From Vicugna vicugna (lineage: Eukaryota), in NCBI GenBank assembly GCA_013265495.1, contig MU057640.1:1435303-1499302 (forward strand): DNA of 64,000 nucleotides. Reading direction: 5' to 3'. The notes under the pieces are model-generated. The model worked only from the letters and a program-made list of their open reading frames with translations, made no database searches and was not told where the DNA came from. The position numbers were made by a program, and so were the translations under genes. Positions 37,200-51,209 of the stretch are shown here, piece after piece. Position 1 is the stretch's first letter. Each line of letters starts with the position of its first letter.

Positions 37200-39660
37200 G
37201 ATGTTCACTTAAGTTTTTATCCAAGTAATGCACACACCAGTTAAAGGCAACAGTACTACAGTCATATAAGAAAAAAAACCAAAACCAAAACCAAACAGGA
37301 GTGCTTTACTTTTCCACTCCCAGGAGCAACCACTTTCAATTCACAGCATTGCTTCCTCCAGGTTTCATGCTCCTAAATCACATGCTTAGGTGCTATTTCT
37401 TGATTTATTAACCTTAGATATTCTCTATTGAAGTTCTGTTTTGGAAGATGAGAAATAAGCGTGCTTCCAGTAAGTCTCTCGCCCTTCCCTTGCCCTATTA
37501 TTCTACATGAAGTATGTATGTATAGATGCATGCATGTATTTGTGTGTGTGCGTCATACTTACATCACATATATACATCAGGATTTATATTACTATAGCTA
37601 TTATTAACTCAATTGCTTTATTTTTCCTGGAGTTAACCGCTGCATCTTTTTTCATTTGCTTAGTTTCTATACACCTATCCTTAATTCTTTCTGAACTCAA
37701 CAAGAGAAGCAAAAAAAAAAAAAAAGTTTTTTTTCCTTCTCATTACTGTTTCTCACTTTGTCAAAAGCAACAGGTTCCCATCAGTTCCATTTCTCTTTCC
37801 TAGAGTCCTCTCTCCTAGAACTCTCCATCTTCATGCTCTAATCCAATGGGGCTGATCTCTAGATCTACTGCACAGGCATCTCCAGAAACATATCATCATC
37901 ATCATCCTGACACTTCCTTCCTTCCTCTCCTGCGGTGAGTTCCATGCTTCCTAGATCTTATTATCTTCCTCTTCCTTAGTTTACTCCCTCATTTTGATGG
38001 ACCGCTATCCTCATTCACCAACTGCCTAAGAAATACCTAGGTGGTGACAGTTTTGAATCTTGGCATGTCTAGCCAAGATAGACTGATGCTTTGGCTGGGT
38101 ATAGAATGCTAGGTAGCAAAATATTTACCATTAGAATTTTTAAGGTATTATTTCATTGTTTTCTAGCTTCCACTGTTGGAACTGAGAAAGGTCCAACGAT
38201 ATTCTGATTCTTTTTCTTTTATACATTACATTTTTTTTTCAGGAATTTCTTAGGATCATCTTTTAAATACTGGAGGGGCCTCTGTGTGTCTTCTTATAGT
38301 CCTTGGACACATAATGGGCCTTTTCTTTTTTTTTGGGGGGGGGGCCTTTTCAAAATAAAACCATACCTCTTTCAGTTAAGTGAAATTTTATTTCACAATT
38401 TTTTGGTAATTTCCTTTCCTTCCTTTTTTCTTTCACTTTGTAAATGTTTATTTATTGGATACTGAACTTCCTAACTAGTTTCTTATCTTTTCTCTCACCC
38501 CCTCCCCTCCTAATTTCTTTTTCTTTAAGGAACTTGGGGAAATTTGTGAACTTCATTTTCCAACCAAACTATTTAATTTTTCACATTGATTCTTGGACTC
38601 AATTTTGGAGAAATTTTGTGTCCTTTGTTTCTTCTATTTAAAAAAAATCTATTATTTCATGACTGGATATTAATCCTTCATTAGACATGTGTGTCAGATA
38701 TTCTTATATTCTGTAGCTCGTCTTTTACCTCTGTTTAAGGTATATTTTCTTACACATGCATTTAAATTTTTTAACATAGTCAAATGTATCACTCTTCTTG
38801 TAATTTGGGCTTTTTATATCTTGTTCAAAAAATCCTCCCAATTCCAAATATTATACAGAAGTTTTCCTAGACTTTCTTCTTAGAGTTTAAATGTCTCTCT
38901 TTAAAATACATGTCTTTAATTCACCCAGGATTGATTTGTAAGAACATAATTTTATTTTTATCACACCATCCCTCCACCATTACTTTTTGAACAGCCTGCT
39001 CTTTCCATGCTGACTTGTAATACAATGTCAAAAACAAGTTCCTATGCCATGAAGGCCTCTTTTTATAGTCTCTCATCTGTTTGGACGGTCTATTCTCTAT
39101 CCGTGTGCCAATGCGGCGCCAATTCAAATATCACAGCATTATAACGACTCCTACTGATCCCATTAATTCTACATCTTCCATTAATTTTAGTATCATCCTG
39201 TCATGTTTCATGGCAAACTCTCTCGATTTTATTGCTTTGTTTTGTTTTTGAATTGCATGAAATTCATAAATTTATTTAGGGAACTTCAAATTCTTTGCAA
39301 TACTGAGTTTTCCCAATCAGTAACATATATAGGACCTCTTTATTTAGATCTTCTTTAAAATCTAATAATTCATAAAGCCACTGCTTATTTTTTGTTATAT
39401 TTATTATGAGGTACATTTTAACATTTTGTTATTCTGACTAGGATCATTCATGTAATTACATTTTCTCAATTACTGTTGTTAGTGTACTAAAAAAAAAAAT
39501 CATTGATTTTTTGCTTATTTATTTCATACCCAGTAATCTTACTGAACTCTTATTAGCATTAATAGAAGTTGATGATTCTTTTTAATTTTTCTAGTTGGAC
39601 AATCTTATTTGCAAAATAATTTTTTCCTTTTGTTGCCTTGTCAAGTTGGCTAGTAGATAA
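37200..39660 (-). mobile_element. Decayed L1M relics
   Basis: T-rich strand with antisense L1 hallmarks (TTGGCTGGGTATAGAATGCTAGG, GATATTAATCCTT, TTGCAATACTGAGTTTTCCCAATC). Confidence 0.65.
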
Positions 39661-41384
39661 CATAGTTTAAATTTAAAATATAATGTTAAGTTAAAAAGTA
39701 GGCTATATTCTACTTTGTAAACATGTTTATATCTGCAAAAGCACAAGGACTTCAGGAAAATGAAAATAGTTGATTTTTTGGAAGGAAGGTCTTTCTTCTT
39801 TATAACTATTTGTTATATAGTAGTTTTCAAAAAACACTTATGACTTTGGAAGTAATGTGAAAGAAATATATACATTCTATAATTTTTATAAAAAGTAATT
39901 ACAGATCAGTTAGAAAGCCATGAAAATATGCCAGAATATTTAAAGGAGGAATAAATCTCACAATATGTGGGTATTTATTTGTGCAATGATAATGGATTTG
40001 TCAACTAGCAACCCAAATGGCTCTGCCTACAATCCACCATACTCAGTAAAGCAAATGGCAAGAAGTCCACTTTAGAATGTGTTCTTATATTCCCTGTGAC
40101 ATGACTTTAGTAGAAGAAAGCAATGGATTATACTTTCAAGAGTATTTTTTAAATGCTGTTAATTTGGGCTCAGTGACAAAATTATTGAACAAAGGAACCT
40201 TCTGTAAAACCACAAGGCCTACCCACCACCCTCCCAAAACCAAATTCAGGATCTCTGTAATTAAGAGCGCATATAGGAAATGACTTCAAAAAGTCTCCTG
40301 TAAGACGAGGTCTCCAATGCCTAGTGAGTTCACAAGAAAACAGACAAAAAATAACATCCTGACCCAACTGAGAAAGCTGTGTGGTACAAGCGAAATGGAA
40401 ACTGAGAAAAACAAAAAAGGAAGTTAAACTATCAGAGACGTAAAGTGAATGGAAGACAGTGGGGTCTATAATAAAGTAAAAGACACCAGGATTAAGAGTG
40501 AGAATTTACAAGTAGAAACTCCAAAAGAGAAAATCTGAGCAAACAGAAAAGAATCAATGTTCTCCAAGGAAGGGCCATTTCTTTATACTCTGTCCAACAA
40601 CTTTTCATTTTTGCCAGTTTTCTGATATAAAATCCGAGTACTCTTTCTACAGTGAGAGATGGAGGGCAGGATTTGGCGGGGTGAAAGGAAATGACAAAAA
40701 AGGTACCGTTAAGTGAAGAATTAAAGTATGGAAAAGTACTGATAAAAACCTGTGAATGTAACTAGTACTTATTTTAGAATTAAATATCTACATTGAGTGG
40801 AGGACAGGGGAAGGAAGAGGATAAAAAACCAAGGGCAAGAACTGATAACAACAAGGAAGGGGAAGAAATAGTACTCATATTTCTAAGTGGAGTACATGTT
40901 GGAATGAGGCAGGCCTCCATGTATTTAAAAAAAAAACTCATAAAAATTAAATTATTTACTCACATGGAACCAAAGAAAAGTGGGTCTGGAGTATAGAGAA
41001 CAAAAAAGTGTAACCACCTTGTAAGTTATGAAAGAAAATTGTACTGAGGAGAAAGAAGAGAAGAAAAAAACACAGAGAGCAATATTTATTGAGCACTTAT
41101 TGTAGGTCAAAGAGTATAAAAATCACGGTGTGTTATAAGAAGAAAATGACTAGACATGTACACACAATGCAGTAAACACTGGACAAGACAAGTACCTAAG
41201 ATTTGCTGGGGGTTAGGGGATGCTTCACAGAGAAAACAGTTGAGCTGAATCTGGAAGGTAACAGGACAGAAGAACTAGGGTGCAGAGCTTGGAGAAAGTA
41301 GTAGAGGGTAAAAGGAGCATGTGCTACTTACTGCAGAGAGAAATGCATCAAAACACACTGCACTGTGAGGTATACAGAAAAACA

Positions 41385-41525
41385 GCTAGAGCAAAGAAAA
41401 TCATAAATAAAATGAAAGGACAACCTGCAGACTGGGAGAAAATATTTGCAAATGATGCAACTGACGAGGGCTTCACTTGCAGAATACACAAGCAATTCAT
41501 ACAACCCAGTAACAAAAAAGCAGAA
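41385..41525 (+). mobile_element. L1 ORF2 fragment
   Basis: Translation IINKMKGQPADWEKIFANDATDEG..RIHKQFIQ resembles L1 ORF2p (KRQPTEWEKIFAN). Confidence 0.8.
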
Positions 41526-41649
41526 TAACAGCAGTGAGATTAAGAAGGTGGATACAGTATATAAACACTGCATCATTATGCATCTCATGACCCATAACAC
41601 TAGATCATGAGAAATCATTTAGTCCAGTGATTATGCTCCAGATCATGTG

Positions 41650-44400
41650 AAGATAAAAGAGGAAACTAATCATGTCAGAAAGAGCTGATTATAATTTCCT
41701 AAGAATTCACAGCTTTAAGACCATCACACAGATTCTCAGATTTCAAAAAAAAAAAAAACAACTCAGTCATATAACTAAGAAAACAAGAACAGATTTCATC
41801 AACTTACTGAAAGAACCTCAGTTTGTAATACAACAAAAAACAAAACCCAGCTTGTTACTTGGAAGATGTCTAAAGCAAAAGAAGACAGAAAAACTTTTAA
41901 AGGAGCTATTAACAAAACTGTATTTTAAAATACAGGGGAAGCAATATTAGTGGGTGTCAAGATGAAAAGAAAAACATCAAGCTACATGTTATGATAAAAG
42001 AAACATGTGTAATAAAATATGACATTTTATGTCAAGTTCTAACAAATAAAATTAAGGCAAAAACTGAGACATAAAAGAAGAATTCAGCTGAAAATAATCA
42101 AATTTAGTTATTAATGAGACATATTACGACATGTCTACACCACACCAGGTATCTTTCTTGGCACCCAGGCACTGAATAAAACTAACAAAATTATCTCCCT
42201 TTCTTGAAGTTACATTCTAGGGAGTAAGGCTGACAATCAGTAAACAAACAAATTTTTGATATGTTGCAAAGTGCTACCAAGAATAATAAAGCAGCAAAGG
42301 GAAAACTGAGTGCTGAGAATCTCAGTTCTAAAAAATGGTCAGGGAAGACATGAACTGAGAAGTGGACATTTGTGACATAGCAGAAGGAGGAACGGGAGCA
42401 GGGCTACCACAGCATCACACAGACCCAGTGCGCAAACACAGTAATGACACAGGAAAACAAAGGATGAAATTAACCAAACAAAAGTTATACTGACATCTAT
42501 GCCCTAAAAATGGGATCAACTTTCTAGTCAATTGTCCATGGTATGTATATATATATAAAAATGGAGACAAACATTAAGTATTTAAAAAACCTAACATGTA
42601 TTTTTCCTCACTCAGTCTATATTTTTGGATCATAGTTTCATTTTTAGGAGTGTTCAGCAGAAACAAAACTACTACATGTAAGAGCAAAATGAAACACAGG
42701 AAGAGATTATTATTATTATCCTGAAAAAAGAACAGCAAAACTCCTAACCTATTGGATTAAACCAAAATCATATACTGTGATAAATGTATAGCTTTTAGTA
42801 TAAACTACAGACTGAGAGTTCAACTCAAAACCTCAGAAAAGCAAAGGAAAAGGCTAATAAAGAAAAACATCAAAGTCAATAACAAATAAATATTCTAATA
42901 AAATAAATATGTCTCAAACATGGTTTCTTGTAAAAATAATAAAATCTTTATATCCCTAGAAATCGCACTAGTAGAAATGAGAAGAAAATTGGATATTAGA
43001 ATCGATATATAAACCAGTTAATGTTTTTAAAAATCTGAAAATGAATGATAAAGGACATAGATGATTTCCTATTAAAAACACAATAGCGTAAGTAGAATAT
43101 TAAAAAAAGGCCAATAAAACTAAAGAAGAAACAAAAAACTATCAATAAAATACATCCCAAGTACAGGCAATACAGAGACTGCGGTAATTCTTTCCAACTT
43201 GAAGAAATTTTAATTTCTTAATTAAACTAAGAAATCACACGTGTGTTATGTTCTGAATGTATATGAAAAAATACATGTAATAAACAAAACATGAAGTAAA
43301 ATAAAACTAGCAGGTTATCCACTCAATTCTAAGTTAAACAGGGTTTGGGTTTCAATCTCAACATTCAAGATAGTACAGAAAACTAAACTTGTATTTTACA
43401 TATTGAGAAAGTACTATTTGCCAAGCACTTTATAATAGTAACTTCACATACATTATCAACATACACAAATGAAATTTTAGGCAGTATAATTAAATCTGTT
43501 AGTATTCCACATAAGTAACTAAAATAACAAAAATATAAGATCACTTAATAAGTAAAAAGTAGACATTTAAAATTCTATACAAATTTCTATAAGAATGATT
43601 CCTATTTTTGGTAATGGTACTTATTTTAAACAACCAAAAAGAAAAACCATTGATTATCATTACTAAAGATTTGATAATTCTCTATGACCTAAAGTGAAAT
43701 GACACAAATATTAGAAAAAAATGAGACAAAGTACCATGATTTTACTGATATCATGGACATGATAACTGTTATGTTGACTGTAATATTCCCAGGGTCTAAT
43801 ACATTATCAGGCACATGGATTGAGATAAAAGAATGGTATCTATATTAGGAATAAAATATATACTTACATAAAGAGATTCCACAAATTGTTCAAAAAATAT
43901 TAATAAACTTGTCCTTGCATAACTATGGCTAATGAATGTTCTATTGTGAGGATGTATCATTTTACAACATAAAAAATGTACTCTGTCATTTAGAAAAGTA
44001 ACAGACTGAAAAAGAACAAAAAGAGCTGATTCACAAGAGAAAGAAAACGCTTCACTTTGCCATAAAAAAAAAGATCAAACTAATTCTTCAGTACAATGTT
44101 ACTGGGGTGCAATTAGCTAAATGCTTCAAAAGCCATTTAAACATGAGGGTTCTAAAGAAAATAAATTACAGCATCATTAATAGCACAAAATGGAAGTAAA
44201 CAAAATGTGTAACTGGGAAAGGGTTAAGTAAATTAAGGCACCAAAGCAATTTTTAAAGTGGGATAATACTACATGAGAAACATTTTATGATATAATGTTA
44301 AGCTTAAAAAGTAGAATATGAATAAATATGTATATGTATGTGAAGTGATCACAGTCCATGCATTTTGAAAATGAATCACCTTCAAGGTATTTTACTCATA
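41650..44400 (+). mobile_element. Highly decayed L1M(E)-like relics with an internal L2 piece (about 42130-42400)
   Basis: Strongly A-rich strand with scattered L1-like motifs; boundaries vague. Confidence 0.4.
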
Positions 44401-44734
44401 AATAAAACACAATTAATCTTCTAGATGGCTACTAAAAAGAACTCCTTTTAAAAAGCACAAATTCTTCAAATTTCAAAATCCAATTTTAGGGTATTATGAT
44501 GAAAACCTCATTTTTCTCATCATAACATGAAGGAAGACTCTAAAACACAGCATTTGCTGTCCTAACATCTGAGTCATTCATGAAAATGATGGGCTATGAC
44601 AAAATAAGAATAATTGAAGTAAAATTTGGGGGAAAAAATCTATAATTTAATCCAGGAAGTTCAAGGAGGTGAGGGAACTGAAAATGCACAGGGCCTCTAA
44701 ACTTACTTGGGACCTTCTGTACTCATTCTAGCAG

Positions 44735-45294
44735 GTGCAGCAGACGCTATCCATCACCTACCCCGTATTTATCCCTCCCAACTCTTCCCAAGCATCAGAT
44801 TCTCAATTTGTTCAGGTAGCCATGGAGCACCTTGGCAGGTATCCTCTGTTGTACCCCAGGGGAGAAATCAAGAATTCTCCACATCAGTCATGGACTCTCA
44901 TGTCCCTTGGCCAGCGACTGTTCTAGGGGCAACCACCTAATCTAGTTCTGACCAGTCAGAAGGAAGCTGATGTCTACAGTAGCCAACTTCCTGGGTAACA
45001 CTAGCTCCCCTGGTAAAAAGTAACAGACTGAACTACTGGCCTTCCACCTTCTGCCTCCCTCTTCTTTCTCCTGGAGAACAGGAAGCCTAGAAGAGCGATG
45101 GGAGCTTACACTGCCAAGGCCGGCATGAGGGAAGACAGCAAGGGAAGGAAGGACAAAGATCCAGGGTCCCTCAAGGCATCCGTGAGCACGTGCACCCTCC
45201 CTGGAGTGTTGCCGCCTGGGGCTGCCTCTTTCCATTTGCTTAGGTTCCTAGAGCAGTTTTCTAATGTCTGTAGCTGGTAGCATTCCTAACATAT
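44735..45294 (+). mobile_element. MaLR solo LTR (old MLT1-like)
   Basis: CTTGGCCAGCGACTGTTCTAGGGGC..., AAAGATCCAGGGTCCCT..., terminal GTAGCTGGTAGCATTCCTAACATATA. Confidence 0.6.
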
Positions 45295-46056
45295 ATGTCA
45301 AATAAATCTGATTTTTATTCACAAATATTTGCTGTTTAATTGTTATCATTTGTCAACAAAAGGCTGTAGGTAGGAAAAAGGGATGAAGAAACAAATGAGT
45401 AAATAAATGGTAGATTACAATAGGATCTTCGAGATACAGCTCTCAATTTAGTTCCTATAGAAATCAGAGTCCACTAAGAAATGTTTTAAAGTCTCACACA
45501 TAAAAGTATAAATTTCAGATGTTAATGAAGAGGTCTCATTCTTTTAGCTTATATTTTAATGAGTATCTAAGAAAAAGTTCTCCACATCAAATCTCGCTCA
45601 GGAAAATGAAGTCAATCTTCAAACAAAAAACAAATTTACATAGTTTTCCTACTTTTAATCGGAGTTGGCTTCTTATTTTTTCAACAGTTAGAAAACTTGC
45701 TTTTGGAAATTTCAAAATTTAATTTTACATTTGATAGGAAAAAATGCAGAAAACTCTTTATTCTGTTGGTAACAATGAATCAGATTCATAGTATTCTAGC
45801 TATGAATCAGCAACTAGGTCCAAATCCTTTGGTTTAAAAAAAATAAAGTTTGCTTTATTATTCTACGTTTATTTGTCAGGTATACTAAACGGTCACAATA
45901 TTTTACATGGATATTTCTGTAAGATTATTACTGTCCTAAATGATAAAACTTTATAAAAGATTCAAGATTTTAATACAAATACAATCTTGGTATAAAATTT
46001 TTCTTGGGGGAGTCCATTGCCACTGGAAGAAAAATCAATAAACAGTGTATATTATT

Positions 46057-46152
46057 GGGGTGGGGAGGGTGTAGCTCATTGGTAATAAAGCACGTGCTTA
46101 GCATGTGAGAGGTCCTGGGTTCAATCCCTGGTACCTCCATTTAAAAAAAAAA
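46057..46152 (+). mobile_element. tRNA-derived SINE, Vic-1-like
   Basis: Head GGGGAGGGTGTAGCTCATTGG, B box GGTTCAATCC, poly(A); perfect TSD TGTATATTATT at 46046-46056 and 46153-46163. Confidence 0.88.
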
Positions 46153-47639
46153 TGTATATTATTAAGAAAAAAACTGTAAAAACTTTTTTGTCTTATTATG
46201 CCTTTCTCTACAAAAAGTTAAAGATGCAGTTAAGTTTGAACAGAAAATGAAAATGTTGATGTCTGCTGCTAGTTTGCATGCATTCAAAATGCTTTAGAAA
46301 ATTCAACAGACAGCTGTCAGATCAGTTGAATTCAAACGAAACCTTCACAAGCAAATCACCGATGTGGGTGTGCGTGCTCGTTCCACGCACCCAGGGCGTT
46401 CAGCCGCCGTCCACGCCACTGCTGATCACAGCTGGTTAAGTGAAAGCACAGGGTGGGCGGGGGGTGGGAAGTGTTTCACTGAGGCCCTTCATGCACCTTC
46501 TCTCGGAACAGCCATCTACCTTCCAACACGCTGGAGCTCCCCACGCGTCAATTTTCCTCTGTCTGCTAATAACCCATTGCTTATAATACCTCCAGAAAAC
46601 AAACGGAAAAGGGAAAAACCAGGCTCATCTTTAGAAAAGCAAGACTCTCTCCATAGTCATAAGAACAGGATCTAGTACAATGCCTGGTACATTCTGGGCA
46701 CTCAAGCAAAAGTATTGCTTTTCCCTCTGTTTTTCAGTCTATGCCCTGATATGTACTCAACAAATATTTAAAGCACTGTTCAATAAACAAACAAACAAAC
46801 ATGGGGGGGGGCACTGTTCTACATGCTGAAGCTATTGCCCTAAAAATGTTTACATTTAAAATGGGAGAGAAAATGAACAAATAAACATGATGTAAGGGCA
46901 GCATACAGTACTCAGGTTTTGAATTCAATAAAATACTTTTTAACCTATTCCCCCTGGAATGCCAACAAGAAGATTAATTCTAAAAGTGGGTTTGGCGTTT
47001 AAAAACCATAAAAGACAACATATTTACGTATCACAAACCAATACTTTTAAGAATCACCTACGGTATTGTTCAGCAGTATTCATTTTTCAGCAAATTGGAA
47101 GTATTTTCATTTCAGCTGAGTTACATATTTTTTAAAAATTGGACTTATACAAATTAGAAAAGTAGTAGTTATCATCATAAAATAAGCCATAAATAATATT
47201 TTTACATTCTTTTTGGCAGTCAACTCTAGCCTAACATTACAATGCATAATATTCCTATTAAGGAAAATCAGAGTAGCTTTCTTTATATCAGTTACAACCT
47301 GAAAAGTCGATTTTCGTTTCTGGGCCTCTTAAAACACAGTAGGAACTCAAACAGAAGTCAATTACGATTTTGATTTAATTTAATTTTACTTGGTTCATTT
47401 CTGTCCTTTATATTCAAAATAAAGCACTTTCACAAGAACCCAGGTTTAACAGAACCATAGTTATATGAGATGCACAGTCATTCCAGTATCAAGTGTCAGA
47501 GCAAAGTCAGAACCAACAGTGTAAGCGGCCCCTCTGTGCAGAGAGCAACAAAACACAACCTGGAGTAGCCATCTTTAGCAGCAAAGTCCTCCTGGTTCAC
47601 ACACAGTAGCCTCCCTTTCTTACGGAATTAATGAATGCA

Positions 47640-48400
47640 AAGGACTTAGCTAAAAATATAATAAAATGTCAGAAGAAAATATGATATAAATGGAGAAAGA
47701 TTTTCCATGTGTAAAATAATGAAAAACATCAAAACAGCTTGATAGGTTTGGTTATATGAAACTTGACAACATCTGTATGTCAAAAAGCAAAACAAAAGCT
47801 GGTAAGTAAACTATGACAGACACAACACAGGTTTAACGTAGTGAATATACACAAAGAGTCACTTCAAATCAAGATAAACTGCTAAGACTCCAAAGAAAAA
47901 AACAGAAAAAGAAGTATTAATAGACAATTCACAAAACAATAAATAACTGGCTAAACATCTGAAAAATGTTTCTGTTCAATAAATAAATAAATACAAAGGA
48001 AACGAAGGTGGGGTTGTTTTTCACAAAATGTACTCATTGGCTACTGGGAGGAGTGAAAACTAGTTAAAAAAAAAACTTTCAGGAATACGTATCAGGAGCC
48101 TCTAAAATGTTTCCATACTCGTACCCAGTCATTTTATTCCTGAAAGTTTCTTAAGGAAGTAATCCAAAAGACAAAATTTGATGCAGAAGATGTCCATCAC
48201 AGCATTATTTACAATAAAAAAGAACTAAACTACCTTACATGCCTCCAAACCATACAAATTATAGAATGTCCACAAACACATTATGTACTCATAAAAATTA
48301 GGGGTTTTTTTAAATTACATGAGAGGATACAATATAAAGTTTAAATTTTAAAAACTATGTGATTAATATGACCTCAACAACGTAAAGACAAAAAAAACCC
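47640..48400 (+). mobile_element. Old L1ME-like 3' relic
   Basis: AATAGACAATTCACAAAA...CTAAACATCTGAAAAATGTT, AAGATGTCCATCACAGCATTATTTACAAT. Confidence 0.55.
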
Positions 48401-50566
48401 CAAAAAACTAGTAACAATACCACATAGGCGGGTAAGGAGAGTCATCACCAGCAAGTAGTATTCTAGGGTTGGTTGTGTTGTTACATTGATAGTGACTATT
48501 TCCTGACTCTCTGCACTCTACAGTAAATTCCAGGTTTTCTACAGGTTGTAAGAAGATAGGGGTTTCTATCAGGTCATCACTATGTTCCCAGCACTGTGCC
48601 TGGCACATAGTAGGTATTCAGAAATATATGTCGACTAAATTTAAAGCCAAAGGAAAAAAAATAAACATTTTCTAAAAAACTTAACACACACACATATATA
48701 TGTAAATATATACACATATGTATACATACATATATATACATACACATCCAAATAGAGTGGCAATATTCAAAGTTAAGAAAGGGAGTAACTTTTCAGCATC
48801 TGTGTTTACATTCATAATATTGTAAAAAGCAGTGAAATCTGGGTATAGCCAGTAAAGAGGACAAGAAAGAAAACATCCAGAAAGTTGCCCCCCCCAAAAT
48901 TTTTATGAGAATAAAATCAGAAAGTGTTGTAATTTGTGAACTGTTACCTTTGTTCTCATCAATATAGAAATGAAGAGGGGAAAGCACTCTCTAGCTCTTT
49001 ATATGGTGGGTGACGTGGGGAGTTTCACTCCAGAATGCAAAGAATGTCTCCTTGTGTTATATACTGGGGTAACTGATAAGAAGCTAAAGACTTATTACAA
49101 TAGAAAAAGACCATCTTTTCTCACTAGCCCATATCACAAAAGCAGATGATTTTAAACTTCTGCTTTTTAATCTCAACAATTATTTTTATGCCTCTGATGT
49201 TTAAATTCTTAGTTTACTTTAAGATCATCCGCTTTTAAATTCAGTATCATGTTTTTATTCATGTAAAAAAGCAGTAACATTGCTTTAAAAAAATGAGGCA
49301 CCTAAACTTAGTGAGACTGTTTGAAAGTTTCAGCACTGTGAAACTACAACTGGATTGATCATTAATAAAAAGATATTAATTGGTTTAGAAAAATGCAGCA
49401 TTTTAAACAAGAACTCTCCAAACTACCCTTGCTGAACAGAAATAACATATTAGTACAAGTTCCTACAAAGTAACAGAAGATGCTATCACTCAGAACATTA
49501 GGGTAAAAAACCTTTCTCACCAATTTGATTAATCTTTGGTGCACGTGAAAGTACTGAGAGGACTGTTCCATTCAGACAGGCCAAGGCTCAAAGTCTACCA
49601 CTGGGCCAGGCTACGAATTTCAAATAAAAACCCCAAATGGAAAAATATAAAGACAAGCAGAGCCATCTTGTACATTTCCTGTGAATATTAAATGGTTAGT
49701 TCAAGCATGCTACATCCATCTGTCTCCCACATCTCCACTAACTAGGGAGATTAGAAACTCAAATCCTTCAATTAAGAGACTACCTGCGATTACTTAATGT
49801 TGCGTACATAATACTGTGCTAAGGCTGCAGTTTAAGAAAGCTGATAAGAATTGCATTTATTCAAAGATGCGATCAGTTCTACACTAAAAACTAGCATATA
49901 CACACTTTGATGTTTGCTTTCCATATGAAAAGAAAATTTCTATATGATGCAGGGGAGCCCTAAGCACATAAATCTATAAAATGGGTACAAGCCAAGGAAA
50001 AAGTCTCGCTTTCTACACAGTTCCGGTACACTTCCCTTATCTTTGAATATCAATTCACAGGTCAATTATGTTAGCATTTTCAGGGTGGGAAAGAAAAGTG
50101 CTCTGAAAAACAACTCTTTCCTGCCTTGATGCTCAATTTAAAAACATTCAAACTGAACATCCCGTTCAGCTGACTGAGGGGTACAGAAGAACCGAAGAGA
50201 AGAGGAAAGAAAAGCAAAAGAAAACAATTTTTTCCTCTTCTGTCATTACTGTTTTTAACCTCACATGTCTCTCAAAAGCGTTTAGCTCCATGGTGATGGA
50301 AGCAGGCGGAAAATATAGCAACACTGAAAGAACAAATTCCCTCGGAATATTTTAGGGTTTCTAACACAAAGCTTAACGTGGAATTACAAAGGCATACAAG
50401 TTGAAAATAGATTCTTATGACTTAGTAATGATGTAAGGTGAACAACATTTCTTTATAATAACTTTAAAAAAATCTCCCCTCCAAAACAGCCTTCTATGTA
50501 CACACTCACATTAGTAATTTGCCAATGTAAAGAACATAGAGGAAAACATAATGACTGTAGAGAAGA

Positions 50567-50752
50567 ATGGGTTTCAATTTTGCCCCCAAGGGGGACACCT
50601 GGCAGGATCTGCTTTTCGTAACTTGGTGAGGAAGGTTCCTGGCATCCAGTGAGTCAAGGTCTGGGATACTACCAAACGTCCTACAACAAGACAACCCTGT
50701 AACAAGGAATTATCTGGCCTCCGATGACAGAGTTCTGAGGGTGAGACCTGGG
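50567..50752 (+). mobile_element. MER20 DNA transposon, decayed
   Basis: AATTTTGCCCCCAAGGGGGACACCTGGCA...GGCATCCAGTGAGT...AAGGAATTATCTGGCC; similar to 22236-22442. Confidence 0.75.
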
Positions 50753-51209
50753 CTAAAAGTATCTTTAACACTGAGATGCAAAGATTTATAATCACCCAAG
50801 TTCCAAAACTAGTTCCCTAGGTCCGAGCAGGGAAGGAAGGTGCCAGGCTCTCAGCACGCCCACCAGGCTGATGTCTGCAGTGGTTCTACCAACACACAGG
50901 ATACAGTCCCAACTGTTACAGGAGATTTCACTGCCTTATAAATTCTGAACTTCAAAGACATGTAGGGTATGGGAAAACACATTTGCAAATAAACCTGAAA
51001 CGTTAAAAAAAGATTTTAACCAACGTAAAATTAGGATGACAACTCATGAAACGAAGATGATGTCAATGAGACTCCATACATCTGGGAGGAGCAATATGGA
51101 TACTGTGCGATGCACTTCCACTTCATGATCCATGCTCGCTAAAATCTTTCAAACTCTTCTTTCCCTCAGAGTTTTAATTAGGTGGCTTACGGTCATTAAA
51201 GTGATTCTT

